A DNA stretch of 64,000 bases, taken from Dethiobacter sp. (GTDB lineage: Bacteria; Bacillota; Dethiobacteria; DTU022; UBA8154). Below are positions 1-9,349 of this stretch, in pieces (positions within the stretch are counted from its first letter, which is position 1; every line of letters begins with the position of its first letter). The stretch is taken from NCBI GenBank assembly GCA_020725665.1, contig DYEO01000028.1, positions 718-64,717 of the forward strand. The letters run 5' to 3'. The position numbers and the translations under genes are program-made. The notes beneath the pieces were generated by a model, which was not told where the DNA came from, searched no databases, and saw only the letters and a program-made list of their open reading frames with translations.

Positions 1-205
1 ACCTGCAGGCGGAAAAAAATACAGTCATCGAATGGCTGGACGAACGGTAAAGGCAACCCCTGTTACTTGATAACCGGGTCGGCAGATATTGTCTGCTTGG
101 AAATAAGTGTAAAGCCGGCAATGATAAAATGCCGGATATAGTTTACATATTAATGTGTTTGAAGTATAATAATAAAGCATATAAAACAAAAGGAGTTTTT
201 GCTTT

Positions 206-466
206 ATGATAATAAAGGTATCAGGTAGGGGGCAGGTGTGTCTACCTTCCGCTTATCGGAAGAGAGTGGATATTAAAGCTGGTGATTATCTGGAGGCGGC
301 AGAAAAGGGCGACAATCTGGTACTATATCCCAGGAAAAAGAACCTGAATAAGGATGAATTAAATGCACTATTGGATAGGACAGCCGGTTCCTGGAAGCAC
401 ATAGATGTTGACGGGACTGATTATGTCAGGCAGTTGCGCCGGGGGAGCAGCCGCGATGTTTGGTGA
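206..466 (+). CDS. vapB: AbrB/MazE-fold (SpoVT-AbrB domain) antitoxin, VapB-like
   Basis: 86-aa ORF with an N-terminal swapped-hairpin motif (IKVSGRGQVCLPSAYRK). Its stop overlaps by 11 nt the start of a PIN-domain ORF, the usual TA arrangement. Confidence 0.7.
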   Translation: MIIKVSGRGQVCLPSAYRKRVDIKAGDYLEAAEKGDNLVLYPRKKNLNKDELNALLDRTAGSWKHIDVDGTDYVRQLRRGSSRDVW

Positions 467-875
467 TAGGGGAAAGTTGTTGATTGATACGGATATCATT
501 ATCGATCACTTGCGTGGTCAAGCTATGTCCACCAGTTTACTGAAGCGGATCATTATCGGAGATGAATTTATTGGGTTCTATTCGGCCATTACAGAAATCG
601 AGCTGTTTTCCGCTGAAACTATTAAGGATAAGCAGGTGGAAGATATCATGATGCTCCTTGGATCCATGGTTAGAGCGGATGTTGACAGCGAAGTGGCGCA
701 ATGTGCGGGAAGGTTGTTGGGTAAATACAGGAAGAGTAACGGTTTGGAGATGGCTGATGCGGTGATTGCTGCTACAGCCATTGTTCATGGAATACCTGTG
801 GTCTCACGTAATGTAAAACATTATAGTTTTATCTCGGGATTAATTCTTACCTCACCTGATATCCTTTCCCCTTAA
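456..875 (+). CDS. vapC: PIN-domain ribonuclease toxin VapC
   Basis: ATG at 456 starts MFGDRGKLLIDTDIIIDHL, the typical PIN N-terminal acidic motif. ~140 aa; overlaps the upstream antitoxin stop. Confidence 0.75.
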   Translation: MFGDRGKLLIDTDIIIDHLRGQAMSTSLLKRIIIGDEFIGFYSAITEIELFSAETIKDKQVEDIMMLLGSMVRADVDSEVAQCAGRLLGKYRKSNGLEMADAVIAATAIVHGIPVVSRNVKHYSFISGLILTSPDILSP

Positions 876-897
876 TAGAATTTTGGAGGTCGTGGCC

Positions 898-1122
898 ATG
901 GAGGATGAGCGGCAGAAGGTAATCTTTCCCAATGGGGATGAGTATACGGGCGAATTGAAGGACGGTATGCCCCACGGGCAGGGGCGCATGGATTTTCCCG
1001 ATGGGAGTTGCTACGAGGGGGAGTGGCAGTTCGGGATTAAACATGGCCGGGGCCGCATGGCTTACCCTGACGGCCGGGTGGAAGAAGGATTATGGGAAAA
1101 TGATCAGTTTACCGGTAGTTGA
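898..1122 (+). CDS. MORN-repeat protein (small)
   Basis: Repeated YxGExxxGxxHGxGxxxxxDG motifs (MORN repeats). GGAGG Shine-Dalgarno lies 8 nt before the ATG at 898. Confidence 0.6.
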   Translation: MEDERQKVIFPNGDEYTGELKDGMPHGQGRMDFPDGSCYEGEWQFGIKHGRGRMAYPDGRVEEGLWENDQFTGS

Positions 1123-1141
1123 AATTAACTGGAGTATACCG

Positions 1142-1171
1142 TTGACCTGACAGCCGGGCTGGTAATATAAT
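1142..1171 (+). promoter_or_regulatory. sigma-A-type promoter (TTGACC, 18-nt spacer, TATAAT)
   Basis: -35 TTGACC at 1142-1147 and -10 TATAAT at 1166-1171; it points into a ~240-nt leader before the ORF at 1416. Confidence 0.4.
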
Positions 1172-1415
1172 AGAGGTAAGAATTCAAATTTCTGCCAGCC
1201 ATGGGTGCCTGCCAGCCATGGGGACGGTTCCATCGTCTTCCCTTCGGACCTCCGCTTCGCTACGGTGACGCTCGAACCGTCCCCACGGCACCGCTAAGTG
1301 CAAATTTTCGCTGTAGTGCTAACTGCATCAGAAGAATTACACATTGGGTAATAATGATATAGATATTGTATTAATTGTATGCGATATCCAAAACCGGTTT
1401 AGGGGTGGGGTGGGG

Positions 1416-2003
1416 ATGAAGATTATTCTTGACGGGCTGGAGATTCCTTTTGCAGATGGCCTTGATAAAAAAATCGCCGGCAGGCTGAAACAGGAGAACC
1501 TGGTGATCCGGTCCCTGAAAGTCAATAATGTGGAGATGGTGAATGCCTCCCTGGAAGAGGTCCTGGCCGACCCGGCGGCAGGCAAGGTGGTAGTGATCAA
1601 CACTGCACCGGCAGGGGAACTGCTCCGGGATGCCATGCTGGACGCCCGGGATTATGTTCCCAAACTGCTCGGCGGGTTGCCGGAGATCCGGGAACGGCTC
1701 CTGGAGGGTAACAAGAAGGCGGTGCACGCCCTGGTGGATGCAGCCCTGGAGGGGCTGGAGTGGCTGGGCTTGACCTTCCAGGCCTTTATCAGCCAGGGTT
1801 ACTTTCCTGCAGCGGAGAAGGTATTTACCTGGGAATATAGCCGTCTCAGTACCACCTTAAAGGAATTGGAAGCGGCGCTGCGGTCGGGAAGGATGGAGGC
1901 AGCCTGTGATATTTTTGAGCAGAAGATAGGCCCTTTCCTGGAAAAACTGCTTCCCCTGGCAGAGGAGATGTTGCAGGATGAAGCCACGGGCGGCAAGGGC
2001 TGA
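1416..2003 (+). CDS. hypothetical protein (196 aa from MKIILDG)
   Basis: Long ORF with coding-like composition. The GGGGTGGGGATG context gives an SD-like run before the ATG at 1416. No family recognised by eye. Confidence 0.5.
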   Translation: MKIILDGLEIPFADGLDKKIAGRLKQENLVIRSLKVNNVEMVNASLEEVLADPAAGKVVVINTAPAGELLRDAMLDARDYVPKLLGGLPEIRERLLEGNKKAVHALVDAALEGLEWLGLTFQAFISQGYFPAAEKVFTWEYSRLSTTLKELEAALRSGRMEAACDIFEQKIGPFLEKLLPLAEEMLQDEATGGKG

Positions 2004-2011
2004 TCAAAAAC

Positions 2012-2037
2012 GGGCGGGCACGGAGACCCGCCCCTAC
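2012..2037. repeat. REP-like GC palindrome (GGGCGGG-loop-CCCGCCCCTAC)
   Basis: Perfect 7-bp GC stem plus a conserved CTAC tail. Member of a family recurring about 11 times in the window. Confidence 0.6.
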
Positions 2038-2119
2038 ATGCTGTGTATTTCTCATTCCGGCGGGGAATAAACGGGAAAGTATTTTTTCCAGCGTAAGAAT
2101 GAAAATGAGGGCATATCCC

Positions 2120-2145
2120 GGGCGGCTGTGGGCAGCCGCCCCTAC
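2120..2145. repeat. REP-like GC palindrome (GGGCGGCTG-tggg-CAGCCGCCCCTAC)
   Basis: 9-bp perfect stem. Near-identical to the copy at 8297-8322. Confidence 0.6.
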
Positions 2146-2213
2146 GGGTGCAGGGATTTGTATGAGGGCCGGCGGCAACACCGGCTTTTTTAATTTGTGA
2201 CTGTAACAAATGG

Positions 2214-2240
2214 TTAATACCGGCAGGGAATTGCCGATAT
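2214..2240 (+). promoter_or_regulatory. candidate sigma-28 (SigD/FliA) promoter upstream of flaG
   Basis: GCCGATAT at 2233-2240 matches the Bacillus sigma-D -10 consensus. TTAA sits 15 nt upstream where the TAAA -35 is expected. Confidence 0.45.
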
Positions 2241-2336
2241 GTTATTAAAAGACTGCTATTTTTTTAAAACAGAAAGCAAAAAGGAAAGAAACCCTGGACG
2301 GAGCCGGCATTTCTGAGAAAGGAGGGTGAAAAGGAG

Positions 2337-2717
2337 ATGAAAGTTGACGGTGTTGATCCCGTGCAGTTGAACAAAGTCCACGACTTTACTCAGAAAACGG
2401 TTGTCCAGGAGAGCCAAAGACAGGACCCCAAGCAAAAACAGCAGGAACGGGTACTGGGACGGGAACAGCCGGTCGGGGAATGGGATGGCAGCAGGATCGA
2501 GGAACTGGATGAGGCTCTCCGCAAGATGAACCAGACAGCGGAAACCTTTAATGTGAGCCTGCGCTTTCGTGTCCACGAGGAAACGGAGCGCATCATGGTG
2601 CAGGTCATCAACCGGGACAGCAAGGAAGTTATCCGGGAAATACCGCCGGAACGCGTCCTCAACATGGTTGCCCAGATCCAGAACATGATCGGCCTCTTTG
2701 TTGATTTCCGCCGCTGA
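2337..2717 (+). CDS. flaG: flagellar protein FlaG
   Basis: 126 aa with a C-terminal FlaG signature (LRFRVHEETERIMVQVINRDSKEVIREIPPERVLNM). Sits immediately upstream of fliD. Confidence 0.8.
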   Translation: MKVDGVDPVQLNKVHDFTQKTVVQESQRQDPKQKQQERVLGREQPVGEWDGSRIEELDEALRKMNQTAETFNVSLRFRVHEETERIMVQVINRDSKEVIREIPPERVLNMVAQIQNMIGLFVDFRR

Positions 2718-2761
2718 TCCTGTGATTTTTCACAATTCATTTAGCGGGGAGTGCAATATCA

Positions 2762-4264
2762 ATGTCCAGAATTACTTTCGGCGGGCTCGCTTCGGGGTTG
2801 GATACGAACAATCTCATCAACCAGTTGGTGGAGTTGGAACGCCAGCCTATCGTACGTAAAGAAAAGCGCATCACCGAACTGGAGCGCATCAGGGATACGT
2901 GGCGGGATATCAATATGCGCCTGCGCAACCTGCGGGATACGGTGCTGGGGTTAAAGGAGCGGGACAACTTACTTTCCATGCGGGCAGGCTCCACGGAACC
3001 CTCCCGCGTTGCGGCGACGGCAGGATACAATGCGAACCCGGCTACCTACGAGCTGCAGGTCAACCAGTTAGCCACCCACCACACTGTGGCCATGTTGACG
3101 GATATCCAGACCCGTCTTGGCAGAAACGCGAATGAAGCTATGAATTTAAACGGGACCTTCCGCCTTAAGGACCTGGCGGCGGGTGACGGCACATACAAGG
3201 AGATAACGGTGCAGAGTACCGACTCCCTGACGGCCCTGCAGCATAAAATCAACAATGCCGGCGCCGGGGTTACGGCCTCCATTATTGCCGGTCACCTGGT
3301 AATGAAGAGCAATATGACCGGGGCGGCAAACGGCATGGCGATGGCCTATGTTTCGGGGCAGGATGTACTCCAAACCCTGGGTATTTACAATACGGGCACA
3401 TCATCCTACTACAACCAGACGGTGGCGCCCCAAGATGCCCATTTCAGTATCAACGGCATCAGCGCCGTCCGTGCCGGCAATGTGGTGGATGACCTGGTGG
3501 CCGATGTGACCTTCAGGTTTATGGACGCGACGAGCGGCCCCGTTTACGTGCAGGTGGCGGCTGATACGGAACGGGCGATTACAGCTCTCGGCAGCTTTGT
3601 GGAACAGTACAATTCCGTTAACCAATTTATCCGGGAGAAACTGGAAAAACGCGATCCGGACAGCAAAGATACAAGCCGGGGTCTGCTCCAGGGTGATACT
3701 ACCCTGATGAAGATCGAGCGCTCTTTGCGCACCCTAATCAATTCGCCTGTGTCCGATTATCGCTACCAGGATGAAGAAGGGAACTGGCAGCAAAAAAAAT
3801 ATTATTCCCTTGCCACCCTGGGAGTAATGACCATGGACAAGGACGGATACCTGCAGTTCAACGAGAACAAGCTGGCAGCAGCGCTGCAGGATGACCCGGA
3901 GGGTGTTTTCTCCGTACTGCAATTCGAACTGCTGGATGAGCACGGAGTGGGGACAGGCCGTTTCAGCGGTGTGGCCGTGGAGCTGGACAATTATCTGAAA
4001 AGGCTGCTGTTAACGGAACAGGACAGCCAGGGACGGCCTCTGAGACCTATTTCCGTGCAGCAGGAGGCGGCAGTACAGCGGCGTATCGATGAGCTGCGGC
4101 GGCGTATTCAGGTGCGGGAAGAGCGGCTGCTGCGTTACGAGGAGCGGCTAGTGCGGCAATTTACATCCCTGGAGAGATATATCTCCACCATGCAGTCCCA
4201 GAGCCAGGAGATGGAAAACATGATCAGGCAATTTACGGGCTTTGGCAGCAACAATAGCAGATAG
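2762..4264 (+). CDS. fliD: flagellar filament cap protein FliD (HAP2)
   Basis: 500 aa with FliD N-terminus (ITFGGLASGLDTNNLINQLVELERQPI) and C-terminal coiled coil. Confidence 0.92.
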   Translation: MSRITFGGLASGLDTNNLINQLVELERQPIVRKEKRITELERIRDTWRDINMRLRNLRDTVLGLKERDNLLSMRAGSTEPSRVAATAGYNANPATYELQVNQLATHHTVAMLTDIQTRLGRNANEAMNLNGTFRLKDLAAGDGTYKEITVQSTDSLTALQHKINNAGAGVTASIIAGHLVMKSNMTGAANGMAMAYVSGQDVLQTLGIYNTGTSSYYNQTVAPQDAHFSINGISAVRAGNVVDDLVADVTFRFMDATSGPVYVQVAADTERAITALGSFVEQYNSVNQFIREKLEKRDPDSKDTSRGLLQGDTTLMKIERSLRTLINSPVSDYRYQDEEGNWQQKKYYSLATLGVMTMDKDGYLQFNENKLAAALQDDPEGVFSVLQFELLDEHGVGTGRFSGVAVELDNYLKRLLLTEQDSQGRPLRPISVQQEAAVQRRIDELRRRIQVREERLLRYEERLVRQFTSLERYISTMQSQSQEMENMIRQFTGFGSNNSR

Positions 4265-4351
4265 CCTTTGGTACTACAATATAAAACACGGTGTTTCTAA
4301 ACTGTATAACCGCTTATCGGAGAACGGCAGTTCGGAAGGAGTGTTTTCCAA

Positions 4352-4906
4352 TTGGGGGTTAACCCTTATGCCCAGTATCACAAAAACCAGGTGGAAACGG
4401 CCGACCAGGGAAATCTCCTGCTTATGCTTTACGAGGGAGCGCTGCGCTTTCTGGGCCGGGCACGCCGCGCCCTGCGGGAGCATAACGCAGAGGCGGCCAA
4501 TAATAACCTGGTGCGCACACAGGAGATTATCGCCGAACTGATGGCTTCCCTTAACTTGGAGGCCGGAGATGTGGCGGTCTCCCTTTTCCGCCTCTACGAG
4601 TATATGCATTACCTGCTTGTGCAGGCCAATATCAGGAAGGATGAGGAAATGCTGGACCAGGTTGAGGGCATGCTGCTGGAACTGAAAGAGGCATGGAGCA
4701 GCGCCCTGGGGATGGGCGTTACTGTTCCCCCGGCCGGGCAGGATGGGGAAGACCCTGCAGTGTCGAGCCGCCAAAACCCGGAAGGGGAATGGATGGAGAG
4801 CCGGCAGACTGAAGAAAAGGTCGGCGCCCTTGCCGGTTACCAGCCGGGATTGCGTGAAGAGGAAGCTTTAAAACAGGGATACAGGCGGGTGAATATGAGT
4901 GGTTGA
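4352..4906 (+). CDS. fliS: flagellin-specific chaperone FliS (with C-terminal extension)
   Basis: TTG start. FliS core: YAQYHKNQVETADQGNLLLMLYEGALRFL...EIIAELMASLN. It carries ~60 extra C-terminal residues. Confidence 0.88.
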   Translation: MGVNPYAQYHKNQVETADQGNLLLMLYEGALRFLGRARRALREHNAEAANNNLVRTQEIIAELMASLNLEAGDVAVSLFRLYEYMHYLLVQANIRKDEEMLDQVEGMLLELKEAWSSALGMGVTVPPAGQDGEDPAVSSRQNPEGEWMESRQTEEKVGALAGYQPGLREEEALKQGYRRVNMSG

Positions 4907-5267
4907 GGAACTCCTGCATGAGCTCGAATTGCTCCTGACACGGGAGAGAGAAATATTGCATAAATTCTCGCTGCCGGATCCCGGAGAGGAAGGGGACAGC
5001 ACCTTGCAGCAGCTCTCGCAAAGCCTGGAGCAGTGCGGGGTGCTGCTGGCGCGGCTTGGCGAAACAGGACCAGGCTCCCTGGATCAAACGGCCCTACGTC
5101 ACCTGCAGGAGTTAAAGTGCCGGCGTGAAGATAATCGCAATCTCCTGTCTGAGATATTGCACTCCTCAGGCAAAAAAATTGCAGATCTCCAGGTGGAGAA
5201 AAGAGCCCTTTGCTCATACTACCCTGCAGCTTCGGCAGGGGCCCGCTTTTTGGACTGGGAGGGTTAA
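4899..5267 (+). CDS. hypothetical FliT-like flagellar chaperone (by position)
   Basis: 122-aa helical ORF with GTG start overlapping the fliS stop. It sits in the position fliT holds in B. subtilis; no sequence signature confirmed. Confidence 0.4.
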   Translation: MVEELLHELELLLTREREILHKFSLPDPGEEGDSTLQQLSQSLEQCGVLLARLGETGPGSLDQTALRHLQELKCRREDNRNLLSEILHSSGKKIADLQVEKRALCSYYPAASAGARFLDWEG

Positions 5268-5278
5268 AACTATGGTGG

Positions 5279-5302
5279 TCTGACTACTGAATTCTGACTA
5301 CG
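5279..5302. repeat. short tandem heptamer repeat TGACTAC (x2, interrupted)
   Basis: tcTGACTACtgaattcTGACTACg in the intergenic gap after the fliS-fliT unit. The same heptamer recurs at 16825-16842 and 55911-55920. Confidence 0.6.
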
Positions 5303-5499
5303 TAAATAAGTTTCAGGGATGAATAAAACCCAGGCCGGATGCTTGAAAAAACCCGGCTTATTTTTTTAATTTATTCTAAAATGGGCAGGAATTGGTAGAT
5401 TTTTGCCGAAAGATTTTAGATTAATATTGGTGGCCATGCTTGGAATACGAAAAAAGATGAAATTTAGGATGAGTAAGTATAAATAAAGGAGGATGAGGC

Positions 5500-5892
5500 A
5501 TGCTCTGGAACGATCAGTTGATGCAGGGCCTGACCCGGGGCCTCGACGCGGCGGCTCTGCGCCAGAAAGTAACGGCCAACAACATTGCCAACTTGAATAC
5601 TCCGGGATTTAAGCGGTCGTACGTCCTTTTCAATGCGGAACTGGATAAGGCCCGGAGCAAACTGCCCCTCGCGCGCACAAATCCCTGCCACTACCCCGGA
5701 CGTCCCGGGGAGGCGGATCCCCGTGTACAGACGGAACGCCATACGTCGCGGCGCACTGACGGGAACAATGTGGATCTGGACCAGGAGATGCTAGACCTGG
5801 TAACCAACCAGTTGCACTATAACGCCCTGATCCAGAGGACCAGTGGACGCCTGGCCGCATGGCGTTATGTGATTACGGAAGGGAGAGGTTAA
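5500..5892 (+). CDS. flgB: flagellar basal-body rod protein FlgB
   Basis: Rod N-terminal motif NNIANLNTPGFKR. A strong SD AAAGGAGGA precedes the ATG. Confidence 0.92.
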   Translation: MLWNDQLMQGLTRGLDAAALRQKVTANNIANLNTPGFKRSYVLFNAELDKARSKLPLARTNPCHYPGRPGEADPRVQTERHTSRRTDGNNVDLDQEMLDLVTNQLHYNALIQRTSGRLAAWRYVITEGRG

Positions 5893-5898
5893 AAAAAG

Positions 5899-6324
5899 AT
5901 GGAGCTTTTTCGCTCTTTTCAAATCAGCGGCTCGGCCCTGACGGCGGAGAAAGTACGCATTGATACGGTGGCCGGCAACCTGGCCAACCTGCAGACGACG
6001 CGTACGGCGGCAGGGGGGCCGTATCGCCGTAAAACGGTAGTCTTTGCTGAAAAGCTGAACAAGGTGCGCAGTGTCCCGCCGGCTTTTCGGGGGTACGGGG
6101 TGCGCGTGGCCTCCGTGGTGGAGGACCCAAACCCCCCGCGCCTGGAGTTTGACCCGGAACACCCCGATGCAAATGAAGAGGGCTTTGTGGCTTATCCGAA
6201 TATCGATATGGCCAAGGAAATGACCGACCTGATTACGGCTTCCCGCTCTTACGAGGCTAATACCACGGCGGTCAATACGGCAAAGAGCATTTACCTGAAA
6301 GCTCTGGAAATCGGCCGCGGCTAA
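5899..6324 (+). CDS. flgC: flagellar basal-body rod protein FlgC
   Basis: SGSALTAEKVRIDTVAGNLANLQTTRT... and conserved C-terminal SRSYEANTTAVNTAKSI. Confidence 0.93.
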   Translation: MELFRSFQISGSALTAEKVRIDTVAGNLANLQTTRTAAGGPYRRKTVVFAEKLNKVRSVPPAFRGYGVRVASVVEDPNPPRLEFDPEHPDANEEGFVAYPNIDMAKEMTDLITASRSYEANTTAVNTAKSIYLKALEIGRG

Positions 6325-6371
6325 ACAGTCATATCCGCTGCCCGGTGACCATTAACCTATTTTACGCATAA

Positions 6372-6686
6372 ATGGGGGAAACGATGATGCAAGTAAATCC
6401 TTATGTTGTGCCCCTGCCTGCGCCGGCGCGGCATGAAAAAGAAGATAACATCACATCCAGCGGGGCTTCCTCTTTTGGCGGCCTTTTAAAGGATGCCCTT
6501 TACAAGGCCAACCAGGAACAACTGCGTGCCGCGGAGGTGACGCAGGAGTTGATATCGGGAAAGATTGAGGATCTGCACCAGTTGATGATTGTAACGGAAC
6601 AGGCAAAGCTCTCCCTGCAGTTGACTGTGCAGGTGACCAGTAAGCTGATCGAGGCCTACCGTGAAATTTCACGCATGCAGGTGTAG
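6372..6686 (+). CDS. fliE: flagellar hook-basal body protein FliE
   Basis: 104 aa with FliE C-terminus (QLMIVTEQAKLSLQLTVQVTSKLIEAYREI). Confidence 0.9.
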   Translation: MGETMMQVNPYVVPLPAPARHEKEDNITSSGASSFGGLLKDALYKANQEQLRAAEVTQELISGKIEDLHQLMIVTEQAKLSLQLTVQVTSKLIEAYREISRMQV

Positions 6687-6706
6687 TCTGATACGAGGTG
6701 CTGCCA

Positions 6707-8278
6707 ATGGCCGGAGATAAAGGAGTATCGCTTGAAATTGTACAGGAGCGCTGGCAGGCGCTGGGAAAGACCCGTCAGCTTGTGATCGTTATTATTGCCG
6801 CCGCCCTTATCGTATCCATCCTGCTGGTCGTGCTGACGCCGCCAAAAACGGAATATGTCACTCTTTATAGCAACCTGGACGCGGCCCAGGCTTCTCCTCT
6901 TGTCCAGTACCTGCGGGAGCGGGGCGTCGAATTTCGTCTTGATGATTTCGGCGCCACGCTCAAGGTTCCGGCAAACATGGCGGACGAGTTGCGTATTGAA
7001 ATGGCGGGCAAGGGTATGCCCTTTGCCCAGGGATTGGGCTTTGAAATCTTTGACGAGGATCAGTTCGGCATTACCGACTTTGAACGGCAGGTTAAATTAC
7101 AGCGTGCTCTGCAGGAGGAATTGCGGCGCACCATCACCTCCCTCGATGCCGTCATGCAAGCCCGTGTACATCTGGCCATCCCCGAACCACGTGTTTTCAT
7201 GAAAGAGCGAACCAGCCCCTCAGCGGCGATTTACCTGAAGCTGAATCCCTTTGTGCCGCTAAAGGAGGAGCAGGTGCGGGGTATTGTTTTTCTCGTGGCT
7301 TCCAGCGTCGAGGACCTCAAACCGGAAAATATTGTGCTCATTGATTCACAGGGCAATATTCTTTACGATGCGGCCAGCAGTGTTGACCCGGTCAGCGCCC
7401 TCGCCGATTCCACTCTCAAACAGCTGGAGGTAAAACGGGCTTTCGAGATGGAACTGGAACGGCGGGTTCAGCATATGCTGGAACGGGTTTTTGGACCGGG
7501 TAAGGTCCTGGCCCTCATTACGGCCAAGATGGACTTTGATGTCCGTGAAACTACAGTGATTACATATGACGAACAGGGCGTGCCCCGCAGCACACAGGTG
7601 ATCGAGGAACGCTTCGAGGGAACGGGACCCGTCATGGGGGAAGTAGGAGAAGCCAATTACCCCGGTTATGTGGGTGTGACTCCCGGCGGTGAGAGCACAT
7701 ATGAACGACGGGAAGAGACCGTCAATTATGAAATAAGCGAAAGCAGCGAGAGGGTGGTCGCTGCTCCGGGGAAACTGCTCAACCTGCACACATCCGTGGT
7801 TGTGGACACGGGGAAAACAACAGTTACAGAGGAGCAAATCGAACAGGTTAATCGCCTTGTTGCCTCTGCTATCGGTTATGATGCGGCGCGAGGCGACCAG
7901 ATCAGCGTGCAGGGCATGAGTTTCGACACGACCTTTGTGGATGAGATGGAAGCGGCCCTGGCCGGCCTGGATCTTGAGCGCCGCCGGAATGAGATGTTTC
8001 AGCTGGCCGTATTGGGGGCTGCAACCCTGTTTTTCCTCATTCTTATGATCAGTGCCCTGCGGCGCCGGCGCCGCATGCGGGAGCGGTTGCTCATTCCCGC
8101 AGGTGAAGGCGCCAGGCTGGATGAACTGCTGGCCGCCGGTATGGCTTTTGAAGAAGAGGTAGTCATTCCCGATTTGACGCCCGGGGAAACACCGCTGGGC
8201 CGTGCCCGCAAGCTGGTAGAGGAGAATCCGGATGTGGCTATCTTCGTGCTCCGTTCCTGGATGGTTGAGGAGTCATAA
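6707..8278 (+). CDS. fliF: flagellar M-ring protein FliF
   Basis: ~520 aa with N-terminal TM, conserved LDAVMQARVHLAIPE, C-terminal TM and FliG-binding tail. Start is ATG 6707 or GTG 6698. Confidence 0.93.
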   Translation: MAGDKGVSLEIVQERWQALGKTRQLVIVIIAAALIVSILLVVLTPPKTEYVTLYSNLDAAQASPLVQYLRERGVEFRLDDFGATLKVPANMADELRIEMAGKGMPFAQGLGFEIFDEDQFGITDFERQVKLQRALQEELRRTITSLDAVMQARVHLAIPEPRVFMKERTSPSAAIYLKLNPFVPLKEEQVRGIVFLVASSVEDLKPENIVLIDSQGNILYDAASSVDPVSALADSTLKQLEVKRAFEMELERRVQHMLERVFGPGKVLALITAKMDFDVRETTVITYDEQGVPRSTQVIEERFEGTGPVMGEVGEANYPGYVGVTPGGESTYERREETVNYEISESSERVVAAPGKLLNLHTSVVVDTGKTTVTEEQIEQVNRLVASAIGYDAARGDQISVQGMSFDTTFVDEMEAALAGLDLERRRNEMFQLAVLGAATLFFLILMISALRRRRRMRERLLIPAGEGARLDELLAAGMAFEEEVVIPDLTPGETPLGRARKLVEENPDVAIFVLRSWMVEES

Positions 8279-8338
8279 TAACTTTTTATTTTAAGCGGGC
8301 GGCTGAGGGCAGCCGCCCCTACGGAGGAGGCGCTCCCC

Positions 8339-9349
8339 TTGCCCAAGGAGGAAAAGCTGAGCGGTAAGCGAAAAGTGGCCATCCTGTTATTGGCTCTGGG
8401 ACCGGATATTGCTTCCCGCCTCTTAAAACAATTTTCCGAACAGGAAATCGAGAACATAACCATGGAGATAGCCAACCTCAACCGTGTCCCCAAGGATTTA
8501 CGTGATGAGATTGCCGGGGAATTTCTCCTGATTGGGCAGGCCCAGCAATATATGCTGGAAGGTGGAGTTGATTATGCCAAGGAAATTCTCGAAAAGACTC
8601 TCGGCCATCATAAGGCGACGGAAATTATCAAGCGGCTGAAAGAACAGGTAAAGGTCAAGCCCTTTACTTTTGTCCGTCATGCCGACCCCAAACAGCTGGT
8701 CAGCCTGATCAGCCAGGAACATCCCCAGACGATCGCCCTGATCCTATCCTACCTGGATGCGTCACAGGCGGCAATGGTTATTTCCGAATTGCCCGGGGAG
8801 ATACGTGCCGATATTGCCCGCCGCATTGCCCTCATGGAACGAACCTCACCGGAAATTTTAAAGCAGGTGGAGGGTGTTCTGCGCGACAGGCTGTCCAGCC
8901 TCTTCCAACAGGACTTTACCCAGGCCGGCGGTGTTGATACTGTAGTGGATATCCTCAACAGTGTGGATCGGGGCACGGAAAAGTTAATCCTGGAAGATCT
9001 GGAAAAGGAAGATGCGGAACTGGCTGACGAAATACGGCAGCGCATGTTCATCTTTGAAGATATCATTACCCTTGATGATGCTTCCATCCAGCGCGTGGTA
9101 CGTGAGGTTGACAGTAAAGACCTGGCTAAAGCACTCAAAGGCGCTAGTGAAGAAGTTAAAGAACGTATCTACCGCAACATTTCCAAGCGGGCTGCGGAGA
9201 TGTTGAAGGAAGATCTGGATTTTATGGGCCCGGTACGCCTGCGCGAGGTGGAAGAATCCCAGCAGCGTATTGTGGGGGTAATCAGGCGGTTGGATGAAGC
9301 CGGGGAAATTATTATTTCCAGGGGTGGAGAAGATGCCATTATCGCCTAA
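8339..9349 (+). CDS. fliG: flagellar motor switch protein FliG
   Basis: 336 aa. Sequence includes KVAILLLALGPDIASRLLKQFSEQEIE and the C-terminal torque-helix region. Confidence 0.93.
   Translation: MPKEEKLSGKRKVAILLLALGPDIASRLLKQFSEQEIENITMEIANLNRVPKDLRDEIAGEFLLIGQAQQYMLEGGVDYAKEILEKTLGHHKATEIIKRLKEQVKVKPFTFVRHADPKQLVSLISQEHPQTIALILSYLDASQAAMVISELPGEIRADIARRIALMERTSPEILKQVEGVLRDRLSSLFQQDFTQAGGVDTVVDILNSVDRGTEKLILEDLEKEDAELADEIRQRMFIFEDIITLDDASIQRVVREVDSKDLAKALKGASEEVKERIYRNISKRAAEMLKEDLDFMGPVRLREVEESQQRIVGVIRRLDEAGEIIISRGGEDAIIA

Noticed and set aside
1180-1415. c-di-GMP riboswitch upstream of the ORF at 1416
   Set aside because: I could not match GEMM-I/II conserved positions by eye. The region is kept only as a possible structured leader.
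2899-3135. 78-aa plus-strand ORF in an alternate frame inside fliD
   Set aside because: It lies inside the FliD reading frame, and the Gly/Ala/Pro-rich product is a frame artefact.
5330-5375. Intrinsic terminator after the fliS-fliT unit (GCCGG...CCGGC plus T-run)
   Set aside because: The stem is only ~5 bp with a 14-nt loop, too weak to call confidently, even though a T8 run follows.
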